A DNA stretch of 64,000 nt from Camelus dromedarius (GCF_036321535.1 NC_087437.1:65226001-65290000), one strand, 5' to 3'. Counted from the stretch's first letter, positions 26,567-41,300 are shown. The notes: a model not told the origin generated them from the letters alone. Numbers and translations are program-made.

Positions 26567-26737
26567 GGGGAGAGGGCTCAATTGGTAAAGCACATGCTTA
26601 GCATGCGCAAAGTCCTGGGTTCAATCCCCAGTACGTTCTCTAAAAATACAGAAATTAACCTAATTACCCCCCCCACCATCAATCACTCACTCACTCACTC
26701 AAAAATATTTTTAAAAATCTGTAAAAAAAAAAAAAAG
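26567..26737 (+). mobile_element. tRNA-Ala-derived SINE
   Basis: gctcaattggtaaagcacatgcttagcatgcgcaaagtcctgggttcaatcccc...aacctaattacccc followed by an A-tail. Confidence 0.8.
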
Positions 26738-29700
26738 AATGCAGAAATGATGACATTCTCAGATTAAGGGAAACTGTGAGATCTGTGGCCATTAGTTCTA
26801 TTCTACAGAAATGTTACCAGAAACTTCTTTAGGCTAAAGGGAAATGATATGAAGGAAAACTGGAACTTCAGGAATGAAGGAAGAGCCACAGAAATGGTAA
26901 ATATCTGGTTAAATCTAATAATAATAATATTTGGAGATGTTTTTCGACATCTAAGTGCTTCATACACGGGATTCGTTTAATTCTCAGCAAACGCATGGGG
27001 AAAAGTACAGTCGTTAGCATCCTCTTATAAATGAAGGGAAGTAAGATATTAACATTTGGGCAGCTAGAGTAGCATAAGTGGGAATGAATTAGGTCTTACT
27101 AACTCCTGCCCACTTTCCCAGAAAGGGTATTTGATAGCCTACATCTTAAACTGGCATATTGAACAAGAAGCATGCTTCAGCTGAGCTTGGGTATCATCCC
27201 AGATAGCACAGGACGGAATTGCCAGTGGGGGCACCACACTAACTCAGCAAGTATCCATCGCCTGCCGTCTATAGGCTGTGCTTATCTAGGTCTGGTGGTT
27301 CTGCAGTGAACAAGCCACATGAAAACTGCTGCTATGATGGAGCTTCTGATGCTGAGTAGTCTAATGAGGACTTGCAAAGGCCAGGCTAGCACAGACTGGT
27401 AAAGTATGGGAGTCCTGCAAAGCAGACATCAACCTTCAGTAGCAAAGGGTCTCACATTCACTCCCTGACTTTCATGAGACAGTCAGATCTTCTGATCTTC
27501 CTTCTGCCCTCAGTTTACAACCTTCTGTCACCTCCCTCCAACTGGGATGGAGCTGAGCGATTTGCATCCTTTAATCTTGCACCTTTGGTCTTTTAAGTTC
27601 TTTTTGACCCCACATTCTGGTCCCCTATTTTCTCTCCCTTCCCTCCCCCTGCTTACCTGTCATAAATCCCCTTGGATTGCCTATTTTCAAGACTTCTTGA
27701 TGTGTTTCTCTGGAAATGCAATTCCTTTAGTGTGTCTTCATGGTGAAACACGGTGTATTTAAATGTAATTTTTGATACCATCAGACCCTTGCACCACCCA
27801 GACACACCCCTAACGTCCCACCCTTGATTCATTCATTCAATCATTCATTTATTCAACGAAAGTATGCCTAGAGACTAATACCACTGTTGCTGGAAATAAA
27901 CTTTTTATTCTTTTTATGCTTAAACTTCCTAACTTTGACCAACTTTTAAGGCTGACTCCTGTGCCCTCTTGATACCACTACCTCTTTACCTTTATACTTG
28001 CATAATTTGAAGTTATAGGTGTGTCTCTTTAATTGCAGTCCAATTGGAGAATTTTAACATGGATTAAATCTATTTATGTTTGATAGGATAATGATTTCTA
28101 CCTCTTTATCTTTGTGTTTTGGTTTTTTTTTTTCCCACTTTTTCTGCCTTTTGTTGGAAAGTTTGCACTGTATTCCCTTCCCCTCTCCCACAATGGTATG
28201 TAAGTTACATGCAAGATTTAAAGTTTCCATTAATTTTTTCACATACCTACTTGATTTTAAAAATTCTGACATTATTCTGTTTATACTTCTCCCAAACAAT
28301 AAAATGCTCTTTGAATTTTTAACAGTGAATTCCCCATCTTCAGTCTTTACTGTTATTTTTGTCTATTTTAGATCAAACTTGCTTTTATGCCCCTTAAAGT
28401 TATCATTATTATTTTTTGTCAAAGTTTTCAAATTCTTTGATCATCATTGCTTTTTTCATCCTTAGTTTTCCTTTTGGGCACAGTTTTATTCTTTCTGGAG
28501 TAGAATCAAGTAGTTCTCTTAGTGATGGTCTATTAATTGTAAACATTTTAAAGCTTTCTTTGCCTGAAAATATATTGATTACATTGTCAGCCTGGCATAA
28601 GTTAGGTGAGTGTACAGCTCATTTATTTGAGAAGTCTGCTGATAGTCAAAATTTTATTCCTTTGTAACCTTTCTCTACTCTCTAGTTGCTATTAAAAGAT
28701 TTGTGCTTTGTCTACAGTCCATATTTTTACCTAGAGTGTCTGTGTAAGATTTATATTTATCTTGTCCATGTCTTACTATATGTCTTCAATCTAAACACTC
28801 TTGAATTTTTTCAGTTATAGACATTTCTGAGTGATTATCTCTTTGAATATTGTCTTGCTTCCATTATCTCTACTAGCTTCTTCTGGAATTTCCATTAGAT
28901 TTCCATTAGATCTTCATTCTATTCTTAATCTTTTTAAACTGCTGTCATTTCCTTACCTTTCTGAGCTGCAGCTTGTTTAGCCATAATGCTACATATTTTG
29001 TTGCTCTGGCTAATGCTTTTTGTTAACCTTTAATTTTGTTTTCTCTGTGGTGCTTTGCCCACCCATCCCTGCCATCATCTTCCTCAGACTGACTGAAGGC
29101 TTACTCATTTATCCATCTGTTTGTTCTTTCATTCACTCACTCACCACTTACTTTTTGTAATTGAGGTGTAATTGACATATAACATTAGTTTCAAGTATAT
29201 AACATAACAATTCAATATTAGTATATATTGTGAAACAGTCACCACCATAAGTCTAGTTAACGTCCGTCACCACACATAGTTACAAAATCTTTTTTTCTTG
29301 TGGTGAGAACTTTTAGGATGTACTCTTTTAGCAAGTTTCAAATATGCAGTACAGTATTATTAACTCCAGCAATATGCTGTACATTATTCATCTCTTACTT
29401 ATTGAATGCCTTCTGGGTGACAAAAACTATTCTGGCTTTGGGTAGGGGGATGGTCAATTATGATTTTAATAGACTTGACTTCTGCTTCAAATCATAGTAG
29501 CAACTATTGGCTTGTTGGATTATGCTTCTCTAGATTGGGGAGGGGACTGTGACCCTGGCCCTCTCCACTCCTCCCATCAGCTAGCCCAGAGGGCGTAGAT
29601 TAAGGTCTTAGACTAAGCCATAAATCTAGAAACAAAAGACTAGACTCACACCCAGCATCCTACCAAAGAAAGAAACTCACCATGTGACAAAAGAAATGTA

Positions 29701-29982
29701 CCCAAAATAAAGCAAAAGTAGAAAGCAATAGACAATAGGAAAGAAAAGATTTAGGCATTAAAGAATCAACCCAGGAAATGGGACACTGACAGGTGTTCCT
29801 GAGAGACCACAGTACAGAGAAGTCTCACAATTTATCCCCAGATCTCTCTTATCCCCTCTCAGTATCTCATTCCCTTTTTCAGTATCAGTTATCAATGCCT
29901 ACCAATTTCCATTTTTCCTATCATTCTCTTGTACTCCTTACCTTATGGACAACTGGTACCTAAAAATTCAACTGAACTATAG

Positions 29983-30040
29983 TTTGGTTAACATTTATTT
30001 TCTATACATTATTTGGTTAACATTTATTTTCTATACATTA
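29983..30040. repeat. Perfect 29-bp tandem duplication
   Basis: tttggttaacatttattttctatacatta occurs twice in tandem. Confidence 0.9.
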
Positions 30041-32197
30041 TTTATCATGTTCTGTGCTGTGTGGAGTGTGCTAGTGATGGGGACACAATGATGAGCAAGA
30101 ATTAAAATGTTTCTGCCCTGAATTTGTTATCTAGCCATCTGATTGGCCAGTAAGCATATGAAAAAATACTTAAAAGGAAATGCCATTTAATCCAGGAATT
30201 AAATCACTTTTCCTTTTCCTTTTTTCTCCCTTATATTTAAAATATGAATAAAACTCAGGGTTCATGGTGCAGTGATAAGCACTGGCATTTTCACTCACTT
30301 GGGGGGAATGTTAATTTCTTTGATTTTGGGGGAAACTATTTTAAGTGACAGTCATTAAAATTTTAAATATTTAAAAATTTTATATATTTAAAAATGTCAT
30401 ATAAACTTTTAGCCCATTCTTAATATTTAAAAGTTAATAAAAATATGTAAAAGATGCTGTAAAAAAAACTATACAATGCTATTCATTATAATACTTGTTT
30501 TATTGTCAAAATTTTGGAGTAAATCTAAAAGTCTATCAATAGAATAAGTTGTGATATATTTATCATATGAATTATTCTATAGCAATAAAAATGAATTTGG
30601 AAAATCTACTTTAAAATATAATAAATTAATATATCTACATTTCCTTACCTCCTTCAAGTGAATGCAAGCCTCTTGTACATAGAACTTTGTTTATTGCTGT
30701 ATCCTCAGAGCCGAGCACTTGGTGTGGAACAAAGTTAAACAGTTTTTTTTATTAGTGAATACATGGATGGATGATAGATGGATGAGTTAATAAGTACTGG
30801 TGGGCAGATTCCATTGAAACTTCTTTTTAACAAGAAAATATATTACACTTATGAACAAAAATACCAATAAAGAAAAAAATTAAAGAGAAAGAAGCAAACT
30901 GATCAATAGAAGTTATCTTAAGGGACTGGGATTCCATTGAACATTCACTTTCTTCATTATCTATGTTATATTTTCACTTTTTACAATAGTGAGAAAAAAA
31001 TGAAGGTTTAAAAAAAAAACCTCATTTGCTGAACCCTTTCTCTATCTCTCTGCCATTTTCGAGCCTGCCTGGTTCTGCTCTGGGTTTTAGCAGAGGGGGA
31101 GGATCCAGAGCCCAGGACCATGCCAGCTCTCCCTCAGGCAGCTCCTCCTTCCTTTTCGACACCCCTTTCCTTGGCTGGGTGGGAAATGCAGATTCTTCCT
31201 TTGCAGATAGAGGCCAGTCTTTGAAGAGGCAAGGCTGTAGAGTTGCCCTGTAGCCGGGAGGGGTAAAGAATGTGCTGGGTGATGATGCCATCCAGGATGA
31301 AGGCAAAGATCCGCAGCCTCAGGAGCAGGCAAGGAGAAAATTGTTGGCAGGGGTGGAAGCACATGGCATGTATTGACAGGGAAGGAAACTATCTGAAAGG
31401 GGCAGTGTTGGTTGTATCCCACTCTCATCCTGGAGAAAGACCCTGTGCAATTATGTGGCTTAGACTGTGGTTGTTGAGGACATTATGCCTTCATTCCAGT
31501 TAATCCATTGATTCATTCTAGGTGGCTGGTGCCCGAAGGACGCCACCTCATCCCCTGGGCAGTTCCTGTTTTTGAAGGTCTGATTGGCTCATTCTTCCTC
31601 CTTAACCCCAGGGTGGCTCTCCTCCTTCTCCCTCTCTTCTTGGGCTAGGCGGGCATCTAAGACTCCTCCCTAACTCTTGCCGGACAGGGTCCCTAATCAA
31701 ACATGAAGAAATAAGAGAAGGCAGAGATGTAAGAAAAGAATTTTGGCAGTTCTCCCAGTTCTTCCAGGAATCAAAATTGTCCACAAGGTGACGGAGAAGG
31801 GCAGAAAAAGAAGAGAAAGGGAGAGTGGGAAAATGTAGAAAAGGATTCTGGAGCCAGACTGTGTGCATCTAGGCTGCACTATATATAGATGTGTGACCTT
31901 GGTCAAGTCACAAGGTCTCAGGGTAGCTATAAGATTAAAGCAATTAATATCACTAAAAGAATTAAATAATTGTTTATGTTTGTTTATTGATTGATTGCTC
32001 CATTCTCACTTGATGAGTGAAATCCTCCTCCTTCAAGGTTTTCATAGCTATTCCCTCCCTTACCTCAGAAGGAAGAAAAAGGACAAATCAGTCTGAGGAG
32101 ACCCAGGCTCAAATATCAAGCTCTAGGAGATTCAAAGTTCAGGACTCCTTCTCAAATTCTCATAATTGATGTGCCTGGTATGAGAAGCTAATATTTA

Positions 32198-32331
32198 TTT
32201 TTATTTTTAGTTTTGGGGAGTGGGGGAGGTAACTAGGTGTATTTATTTATTTTAATGGAGGTACTGACGATTGAACACAGGACCTTGTGCATGCTAAGCA
32301 CACACACTTCTACTGAGCTATGCCCTCACCC
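32198..32331 (-). mobile_element. tRNA-Ala-derived SINE with perfect TSD
   Basis: Flanked by gagaagctaatattta on both sides (about 32182 and 32333), with A/B-box-like head on the minus strand. Confidence 0.85.
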
Positions 32332-35300
32332 TGAGAAGCTAATATTTATATCTCAGAGAACACGATACACTCAGTAAAGACTTTCTTAGATTAATTTCCA
32401 GATCAAATAACAAAACTGAAAATTTTTAGAAAAGGAGGGCAATTGGTTTGAAATCAAGATACAAAAGAGAGGAGGCTGTGTTTCTTTGCTTCATCATTTT
32501 GTTCCAGACCCCAGCAAAATGCCTGACATAGTTGTCATTCATCCATTCCACAAATATTTTGAGTGTCTACTATGTGTCTCACATTGTACTAAGTGCTGGA
32601 GATAAAACAGAGAAGAGGACACATTTCCTGCCCTTGTGGACCTTACATTACGGTGAGGAATACACATGTGAACAAACAATAGATTTCAGAAAGTTATAAG
32701 TGTTATAATGGAAATAAAGCAGAGGAAAGGAAAAGAGAGTGCAGAGCCACTGGGCAATATTTAGAAGTATTTCTAAGAAGATCACTGTTAAAGCAGATTT
32801 TTTGAATAATTGCATGGATTCATGCAATCTTTTTCTTTTTTTCCCCCCTTTTATTTATAAAAGAGATGAGTGGGTCTCCATCAACCAAAATTTTGAAGAT
32901 GGAGAAACATTTTAGGAAAACCCTAAACCAATGCTTAAAGATGATCTTACATAACAATGACTCAAAAAATTCAAGTTTAAAAAATTCCCTGAAAATCTTT
33001 CTTAAAGGATACAAGATAGTCTATGGGAAGAAGAAATTCCAAGATCCTGTTGTGCCATCCCAGCTGCTGGAAATATCCTTCTTCCAGGGAGGGATGGAGG
33101 GAGGCATTAGGGGACAGGGAAAACAGAGTGGGAAAGTCTAACATACTTCTAATTGGAAATCTGGAGGAGAAAGAAAATATAGTTGAGCAGTATTTTAAAT
33201 ATAATAACCAAGGATTTTCCAGAATGGATTAATCCAATACTTAGATTCTGGGAGCCTGTTAAATCCCAAAAGTTAAAACAAACAAACAAACCAAAATCCT
33301 CATCTAGAAACATCATTAACAGCAAAATGCTCATTGGCTATTTCTTAGTCACATGCTATGCTTGACTGCAAGAAGGGAAAAGAAATGTAGTCTGTTCGTT
33401 AGATTACAGATGGCTACGTATTTTTTGCTTCTTTTCCCGTTGAGAGGAGGAGGCAGTGAGACGAATGAGGTTTCTCGTTTGTACTTATGGACTCCAGTTT
33501 GTCTTGCAGGTTCCAGTTTGTCCTCATGCTTCCCCATTTCACATCCATGCTTTCTTCCCAACTGTTGGCTCTGCTGACCTGCAGGGACAGACATCAGACC
33601 TGCCACCAGAAGCAGAGGTAAAAATCAGTCTTCACCAGATCCCACAACTTTATAACTAATATTTGTAATAGATTTCTTGTTCTGTATCATTCATACAGTT
33701 CAGCCCTCCTGATCAAACCCTAATTGATAGTGTTTTGGATGGCCACACGGCTAGGTAAAATTTTGGAATTTTGTTACTATGCAAGAAGATGTGAATAGCT
33801 GATATTAGGGGTCAACTATTGGTGGTCTTTGCCACATGCAATTTCCAAGGAAGGAGACTATAAAGAGTTTTTCATAGTCCCTACTCATTTCACTTTATGT
33901 TACTTTTTTGGCCCTTGTGGGCATAGAAGTGTTTAAATGTAAAGAAATTAATATAAAATGTTAATAGCTGGGGAGACATGGTAAGATTGAAATGCTTTGG
34001 TTAGCTGAATTATGCTAAAGTGCTTCCAGCTTCTTCTTTTTTGTCGTTCCTGACCTCTCTTTCTCTTGCACCCTGCATTGAATCCATAAGCAATCTACTT
34101 TCAATACAGATGCACAATTCGATAATTTTCACCATTTCTACTGTTACTAAAAGCCACCAATATTTATTTAGTGGAGGATGGCAATAGTCTTATAACTCAT
34201 TGCCTTCTTTATGCTTTTGCTCCTTTACATTTCTTCTTATTTTTTTTCCTTTTCACATAAGATCCAGGGTCATCTTTTTACATATGTTGATATATGTTTT
34301 TTTTTTTCTTTCCTAACTCTTCAGCTGTTTTCTGGTGTCCAAGAAACAAAAGTCAAACACTATGGCTTGTAATGCTGTGCATGATCTGGACCTTTCCTAT
34401 CTCTCATGTCACCTTACACCAATTTCTCCCACCATACTCTAGCATGTTGGCCTCATTTAAGTTTTCAGAATTCTCCAAGGTCCTTTAAAACCCAGGTCCT
34501 TCACCCATACTGGTCCTCTGCCTGGAATGCTCTTTCTCCTCCAATTTCCTACAATTAACTTACACTAACCCTTCAGGTTTCAGTTACTTCATCATAGAAG
34601 CCCTTCCTGATGAGTTCCTCTGGTGTATGCACTCACGTATATGACACTAAACTTCTTTCCTAGCATGTAATGGAAAACTGCTTTAAGTCTATGTATATAT
34701 ACTTTTTTTGTAACACACAACATACATTTTTTCCACGACTTATCTCTGTGGAGTGTATCTCCGCGTTTGTGTTTTCCCACAAAATCTGTATCATACTTTC
34801 TATTAAATCTGTCAGGCCACTTTGTTTGCCGATGTATCAGATATGAACAATTTTGCTGTATTTTGAAATTAATTGCTTATAGGCCTAGCTCCAAGTTTCC
34901 ACCCCTTAGCCCCTCTAAGGCAAAAGAGATACACACCACCTATATACAGCATCTCAATTCTGCCACAGAACACCCAAAGACACAGAGGGAGTAGCTGAAA
35001 GGAGTGAGATGTGCTCTGACCTGAAACAGACCAAGAGGGACATGAAACAAGATGGAGGGGCTGAGGGACCACAGGTGGGCAATTTCTAGCTGTGCTGTGA
35101 ATAGTATTTGGACAGAGAAAGTGATGTATAATTTTAAAAAAGAAAAACCTAAAACATAAAGTAGATAGGGAGAATAACACACAACAGCCGGGGACAAAGG
35201 AATTACAGATAATAAATTTTGCTCCCACTGATTGCTTCTCATTAGGTTTCAAACCCTGTGCCAATGCCTGTAAGTGCATGCTTTTATGGGACCTCCACTG

Positions 35301-35778
35301 ATATGTAAGGTAGGGACATTATCACCACTTTGCTGATGAGATCATTGAAACTCACAGAGTTGAAGTGAGTTGGGACTAGCTCTGTTTACTTTGACATTAC
35401 AAAAACAAGTTTAGAGAAATGGAAGGAATAAAAAAAGATGAGAATCAGAGATGGTCAAAGGGAAAAAGTAGTGGGAAGTGGGGATGGGATATAACAAAAG
35501 CTCAAACAGCATTAACCACAAAAGAAAAGACTGACAAATCAGGCAACATAAATATATCAAGAGTGTGGTCTCAGCAGCAGACTAGCGGCAGTCATCTCCG
35601 GGGGAAGGTCTAGAGCACAGATATGCAGTACTGGCAGAGGCCTGGTCCCGGCAGGAAGGACTGGTGGTCATGGCAACTAAGGGAAGACTTAGATAGCTCC
35701 CATTTACCCCATGGCAAGTCCTCAGAGAAAGGAGCAGTTGTGAGTTACCAGCCAACTCCTAGAAAAGCTAGGGATGGT

Positions 35779-35897
35779 GGGGGGAGGGTATAGCTCAGTG
35801 GTGGAGTGCATGCTTAGCATGCACAAGGTCCTAGGCTCAATCCCCAGTACCTCCATCAAAAATAAAAAGGATATAAAAATAAAATAAATAAATAAAA
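35779..35897 (+). mobile_element. tRNA-Ala-derived SINE
   Basis: ggggagggtatagctcagtggtggagtgcatgcttagcatgcacaaggtcctaggctcaatcccc followed by an (AAAT)n tail. Confidence 0.85.
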
Positions 35898-35999
35898 AGG
35901 AAAAGTTGGGGATTGGGTAAAATTGCAATGAAAGGGATCTGGGCAGGGCATCAACAGTATACACTATAAATATCTGTTTATAAAAAAGATCATTAAAAG

Positions 36000-38900
36000 A
36001 GTGCACAGTGAGATTTCTAATTCTGGGGAGATGAAATACATATACTTTCCCCTATTTCTTTTACTAAGTACAAAGAAAAGCCGTGAATATTATATAAACA
36101 AACATAGAAAGATTGTGAAAGGTGGAGTGAAGGCAGACCAGCTAAGGATCTGTGCACCACCACCTGCCTCCTGCCTTTCACCCCTGCAAATTCACTATTG
36201 TGAGTTTCCTACTTTGCTTTATTGGTTGTTTTGTTTTGTTTTGCCTTATATATCCCAGTCTGGACACTAGAAAAGCCAGCAACTGGGAAATTGCCAATAG
36301 GCAGAGACAAAAAAAAAAAAAGCACCCAGAGAACCCTGCTATTCCTGTCAAAGGACCAGGAAGGGGGCAGCCAAGCAAGACAGGAGACTTTTAGATGATC
36401 TGCACTCTACAAAAACACTACCCCCCACCCCAGCCAGCAAAACTGAGTGAAAAGCCTAAACTTACACCTTTGCCACTGTAAGGAGGCATTCTGTTGTGCT
36501 GCATCTCACAGGCCTGCAAGCCCTGTGCTAGCCCAGCCTCAAGACCAAAGAAAAGAGCCCACAGACATCAGTGGTTTAATGGAAGGGGACTTTTACCTTT
36601 CTGAAGCAAGGCCCTGGAACCACAGCCCCCCGTGTGCAGCAGATGGCAGTACTCTTCACTACTGGTGGGGAGAGGGAAGTTACCAGTTGTAGAGGGAATC
36701 GGTGTCATATTGGCTCATCAGTCAGTAGGGAAACCAGCAGAGGGGCACACCCCTCACCACCCCTTTGATAACCTATCGTAGTGGAGATAGTTCTGATCTA
36801 CAGATTAGAACAACCATTAGCTGGGGCCAGGGACAAGTATGTAGGCATTCACTGATTAGGCTCCATGATTAACAGGGAAGGTCAGCCAGGAGAGTAGTGT
36901 GGGTGAGGCAGGGACTGGTTGAGAAGGGGTTCAGACAGCGAGAGAACCTTGGGTGGCCTGATTATACACATTCTCTCCCACTTCTTTTCACCTGGGAGGT
37001 GTCATAGAAGGCTGAGTGGGGAGCCAGGACTTTCATCCTTGCTAGGGGGTAATGAGCACCTCTTCCCTTTCATGTGTCAGTTAAGACAAGTGGGGAGCCT
37101 AGAGTTCCAGTCCCATCTGGGAATAATGAGGTGTTTCTCCCCTGCATTTAGTGGGTAGTATTGTTGCAGTGTTTCAGGTTCTTGTCCCGTCCCAGAAAGG
37201 ATTCAGAGACAAGTTGTGCTGGTTAAAAAAAGTAAAGTGAGGACTTAATAAAGGATGGATAGTACACTCTCAAGGGGAGAGCGGGCAGGCTCAGGTGAGC
37301 AGCTGCCCTGTGTTTCTTTGGCAAGTTAATTACATAGGGAGTAAAAATGTTTGGGCAGAATATTCATTGGGGAGGGAAGGGTTTGGAGTTGTATTCCCTG
37401 ATTATCATCCCAACTCCACCTTCCCAAAGGGAGGAGGGATTTTTGTCTTTATTTAGTCTGGATCTGAAGTGTCATGGTGTCAGTGCATGATGGGTACTTC
37501 TGATCTGCAAGGCTAATTTTATTGAAATGAGGGCATAATGAGCAAAAGGTTACATTTGGACACTGGAAATTCCTGCCTTTTCTCACCTTTCCTTGTTTGT
37601 CTCCAGGCCACTCATCACCCCCAAAGGTCTGATTCCTTATCAGCCCAAAGGTTTCTGCTTTTCGTTCTCTGACCAGGGACCCCTGGTGCTTATATGATGT
37701 GTGGTTTCCTGCATTTGGCTTGTGCCCCTCCTTTCTGCCCAATTCCTGCCTTTGGTCTGTGTCCCCCTTTCTCTGCTCATATCTAGCTATCTGCCTGCTC
37801 TAACATTATCAGATGAAGCTTAGTTGAGAGTGAGGACTTTTGTGACTTCTCAGTAGTAACAAGCCCCTGACCCCCCTCAAAAGGTGTCAGTGGAAGCTAT
37901 GTGAAGAGCTATAATGAGGTATCCCTCGCCTTCCAGCCAGGGTGGAATCAACAGAGGTCTAGTAGCAAACCTAAATTTCCACCCCCCGCCCAGCTGAAAT
38001 GAGATCCTTCCTCTCTTTTCCCCTCCACCTTCTGTCCCACTCCCCCACCACCTACATACACAGCATGTCAAGGGATGCTGAGTGTACAACCTGAACTTCC
38101 ACCCCAACCTGAGATTAATAAGGTGGTGCCCCCACATCCATCAGATTGGTGTCAGAGGAGGACTGCTAAAACACAAGATTTAAATAAGATCCTGAGTCTT
38201 ACAGTGTACAAAATGTCCAGGTTTCCAGTGAAAACCATTTGTCACACCAAGAACCAGGGAGATCTCATACTAAGTGAGACCATTAACAAATGCCAAGGAA
38301 GCGATGACACACATATCAAATTGTCTGACAAGAATTTTAAAGCAACCACCGTAAAATGTTTTCAACAAGTAATTACAAAAAATATAAATCTCAGTAAAGA
38401 AATAGGAAGCCTCAAGAAAAGAAATAAAGATATAAAGAAGAATCAAATAAAAATTTTAGAACTAAAAAATATGATGACCAAAAGAAAAGAACTCAGTGGA
38501 TAGGATCAATAGCAAAATGGAGAGGACAGAAGGAAGAATCTGTGAACTTGAACTGTAGAAACTACCCAATCTCAACAACAAAGGGAAAAACGCTTGGGAA
38601 AAAATGAACAGAAACTTAGGGACATATGGCCAAAAAAATATCTAACATTTGTGTCATTGGAGTCCCAGAGGCAGAGAGTAAGAGAGAAGGCTGAAAAATG
38701 TTTTTTTTAAATGACTAAAAATTTCCAAAATTTGGCCAAAAAAATCATCAACGTACAGATTGAAAAAGCTGAGCAAACCTCAAATGTGTTAAAACTAGAG
38801 AAATTCTTATCAAGACACATGATAGTCTTTTGAAAACTAAAGACAAAGTCTTAATAGCATTCAGCGAGAAATGACACGGTACCGATTGGGAAAAAAGCAA

Positions 38901-39580
38901 TCCAAATGACAGTGTATTTCTCATCAGACACCAGGAGGAAAGTAGAGGAAGGTAACAAAGCATTTTTCAAGTGCTAAAAGTTAACCCAGAATTTTGTATC
39001 TATTAAAAATATTTTCAGATCTGAAGCGGAATCTATGACACTCTCAGATGAAAGAAAACTAAGAGAATTTGTCACCAAAAGACCTACCTTAAAAGAATGG
39101 CTAAAGGAAGCTCTCTATTTCCAGAAAGGAAATAATAAAAGAAGGATCCATGGAACAAGAAGAAGGAAGAAAGAACACAGAAAGATAAAAATATGGGTAA
39201 ATACAATACATTTTCTTTCTCTTCCTGAGTTTTCTAAATTGTTTGATGGTTAAAGCAAAAATTATAATACACTTCAGTGTAGTTCTCAATGAATACAGAG
39301 AAAATATTGAACACAATAACACAGCTATAAATGGGGGAGAGTAAATGGATATAAAGCAAGTCTACAATTCACTCAAAATGTCAAGATCCATTGACTTTGA
39401 TTATATATATAAATACATATATTTATATACATATATAAAGTGATTACTGGGAGAAATCAGTTTAAAAAGCTATGCAAAGAGATGTGCTCAAAAATTGTAG
39501 GTAAGTTAAAACAGAATTCTGAAAAATATTCTAGCAATCCGTAGGAAGGCAAGTAAAAGAAAACTGAAAAACAAACATAA
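36000..39580 (+). mobile_element. Old LINE-1 5' region/ORF1 remnant, interrupted by LTRs
   Basis: KEIGSLKK..KDIKKNQIKILELKN and MTLSDERKLREFVTKRPTLKEWLKEAL resemble L1 ORF1. Boundaries approximate. Confidence 0.7.
37162..37805. mobile_element. Solo ERV LTR (TG...CA, about 644 bp)
   Basis: Begins tgttgcag and ends ctctaaca, with near-matching 4-bp flanks gtat/ttat. Composition is LTR-like. Orientation uncertain, possibly minus. Confidence 0.65.
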
Positions 39581-41119
39581 AACATGCTGACATCCTCATT
39601 TCAGGCTTCCAGTCTCCAGAACTATGAGAAAATATTTTGTTGTTTATAAGTCACCAAGTCTATGGTATTTTGTTACAGCAGCCTGAATAACTAAAATACC
39701 TACACTTCAGCTATATGTCTTCTTGCCTTAGAAACTGGTCCAATCCAAGTCACACCCTCTAGAAATTTTCCTACATGTTCTGAGTCTGGAAGATAATGAG
39801 ATACTCACGACACTATTGAACCAAGAGAAACACTCTTGCTTTGCCCTTGCACGTGAAATGATACAAGAGAGGAGACTCTGTAAGTCCTTGCCGTCAGGGT
39901 TGTCACTGACATAACCCAGGATTTGCATGCCACCAAAGAAAGGGGCAGTGAAGATGTGATCTTTTAAATTGGTCCCATTTTAGTAAGAAATGAGGTAGAA
40001 TCCTGATATGCATTTATTTACCAATTCGTATGCAAAAGATTGTCTAATATATAATAAAAATTACACTTAAGGACACCAATGAGTCACTTTAATGCCATTT
40101 TATTAACATGAGAACTACAGGTAAGAGTAAAGTTCCCCCTACAATAAAAGAATTCTTTCCATGTAGGATTCTGAGTGTATTAAAAATAAAATTTTCATTA
40201 TATTATGCGTGCTATCATAATAGTGATTAAACCTAAACAGAAAGGGAAGGGGAGAAAAGCAATTAAAGTGAAAATGAGGAGAGAGAATTAGGGAAAGAGA
40301 CAATGAGAAAATGCAAAAAGAAGACAGGAGCACAAATTCACCCTTGACTAGACCTGCGTCCTCAACCCTACATCATAGCAGCTGGCTATAAGCAAATCCT
40401 CCACACATTTTTCCTGTTTGTTGCTGCTGATTTGGGGAAGATTTTGTTTAAATAAGAAGAGGGGTAGAATTGATGGGATCAAAGAAAAAAAAGTAACATC
40501 TAGAGAAATCCTCAGAATCCCTAAGAGCTGCTCTAAAAACCATGCACTCAAAGACCCCAGTGGCAGCCCCGGAGTGCTTGCTTAGATGTGCTCTGACCCC
40601 CACCCCAAACCAAGCAGGAGATTGTTGCCCCAGAGCTCCTTTTGGTAACTTTTCCCTGGCAAAGTACTCACTCCTTTCCCCATCTAATCAAAGCCTATTT
40701 CTACTGTAAAATAGATACATAAGATTCCCAGGCTTAGTGCTTATCTGTCTTCCTTCCTTGCTTGGTGTTTATTACACAGGCAGTCAGCAGGTATTGCCAT
40801 GTGAGAAGTGGGAGAACAACCTACTTTGGAATTTGGAAGTTACAGGTTTGTGTTTTTACATACTCAATTAACTTAGTCTCGTTCAGGCATTCACTGTTTA
40901 GTTTTACCACCTTTACATTGGCTTTCTGATGTTTTAACCTAGACCTCTGTAGGTATTTTGATTTTGCTTCCATTCCCATCCGTGTAAGCTATTTCTGCTA
41001 ATTCTTTGGGTCAATGCGGAGAAATAAGTCTTTTTCAGATTTCCTTGTTAATTTCAGCCTCTTATTAAAACTTTCTCACTGAAGCCACCTGAATTCAAGT
41101 CCACCTTCCTTGGATTACA

Positions 41120-41300
41120 CCAGTTGTTCTCAATTCCAGCAGCATTGTAGGAACACCTAGGGAGCTTTTAAGAGATACCAGTGCCTAGAATCTATACACA
41201 CCAATTTCGTCAGCATCTCTAGGAGTAGGATAATATTTTTAGAGTTCCCCAGGGGATTCTTATGTGAAGCCACTAGACTAAACAGTTGAGAACCACTGAA
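41120..41300. mobile_element. MER5-like DNA transposon remnant
   Basis: cagttgttctcaa...cacctagggagcttttaa...ccccaggggattcttatg...agttgagaaccactg. Similar remnants occur at about 9518-9670 and 11425-11500. Confidence 0.65.

Noticed and set aside
29640..29690. Minus-strand GTGAGT donor-like sites as ARGFX non-coding exon 1
   Set aside because: Donor-like hexamers are common and there is no independent support.
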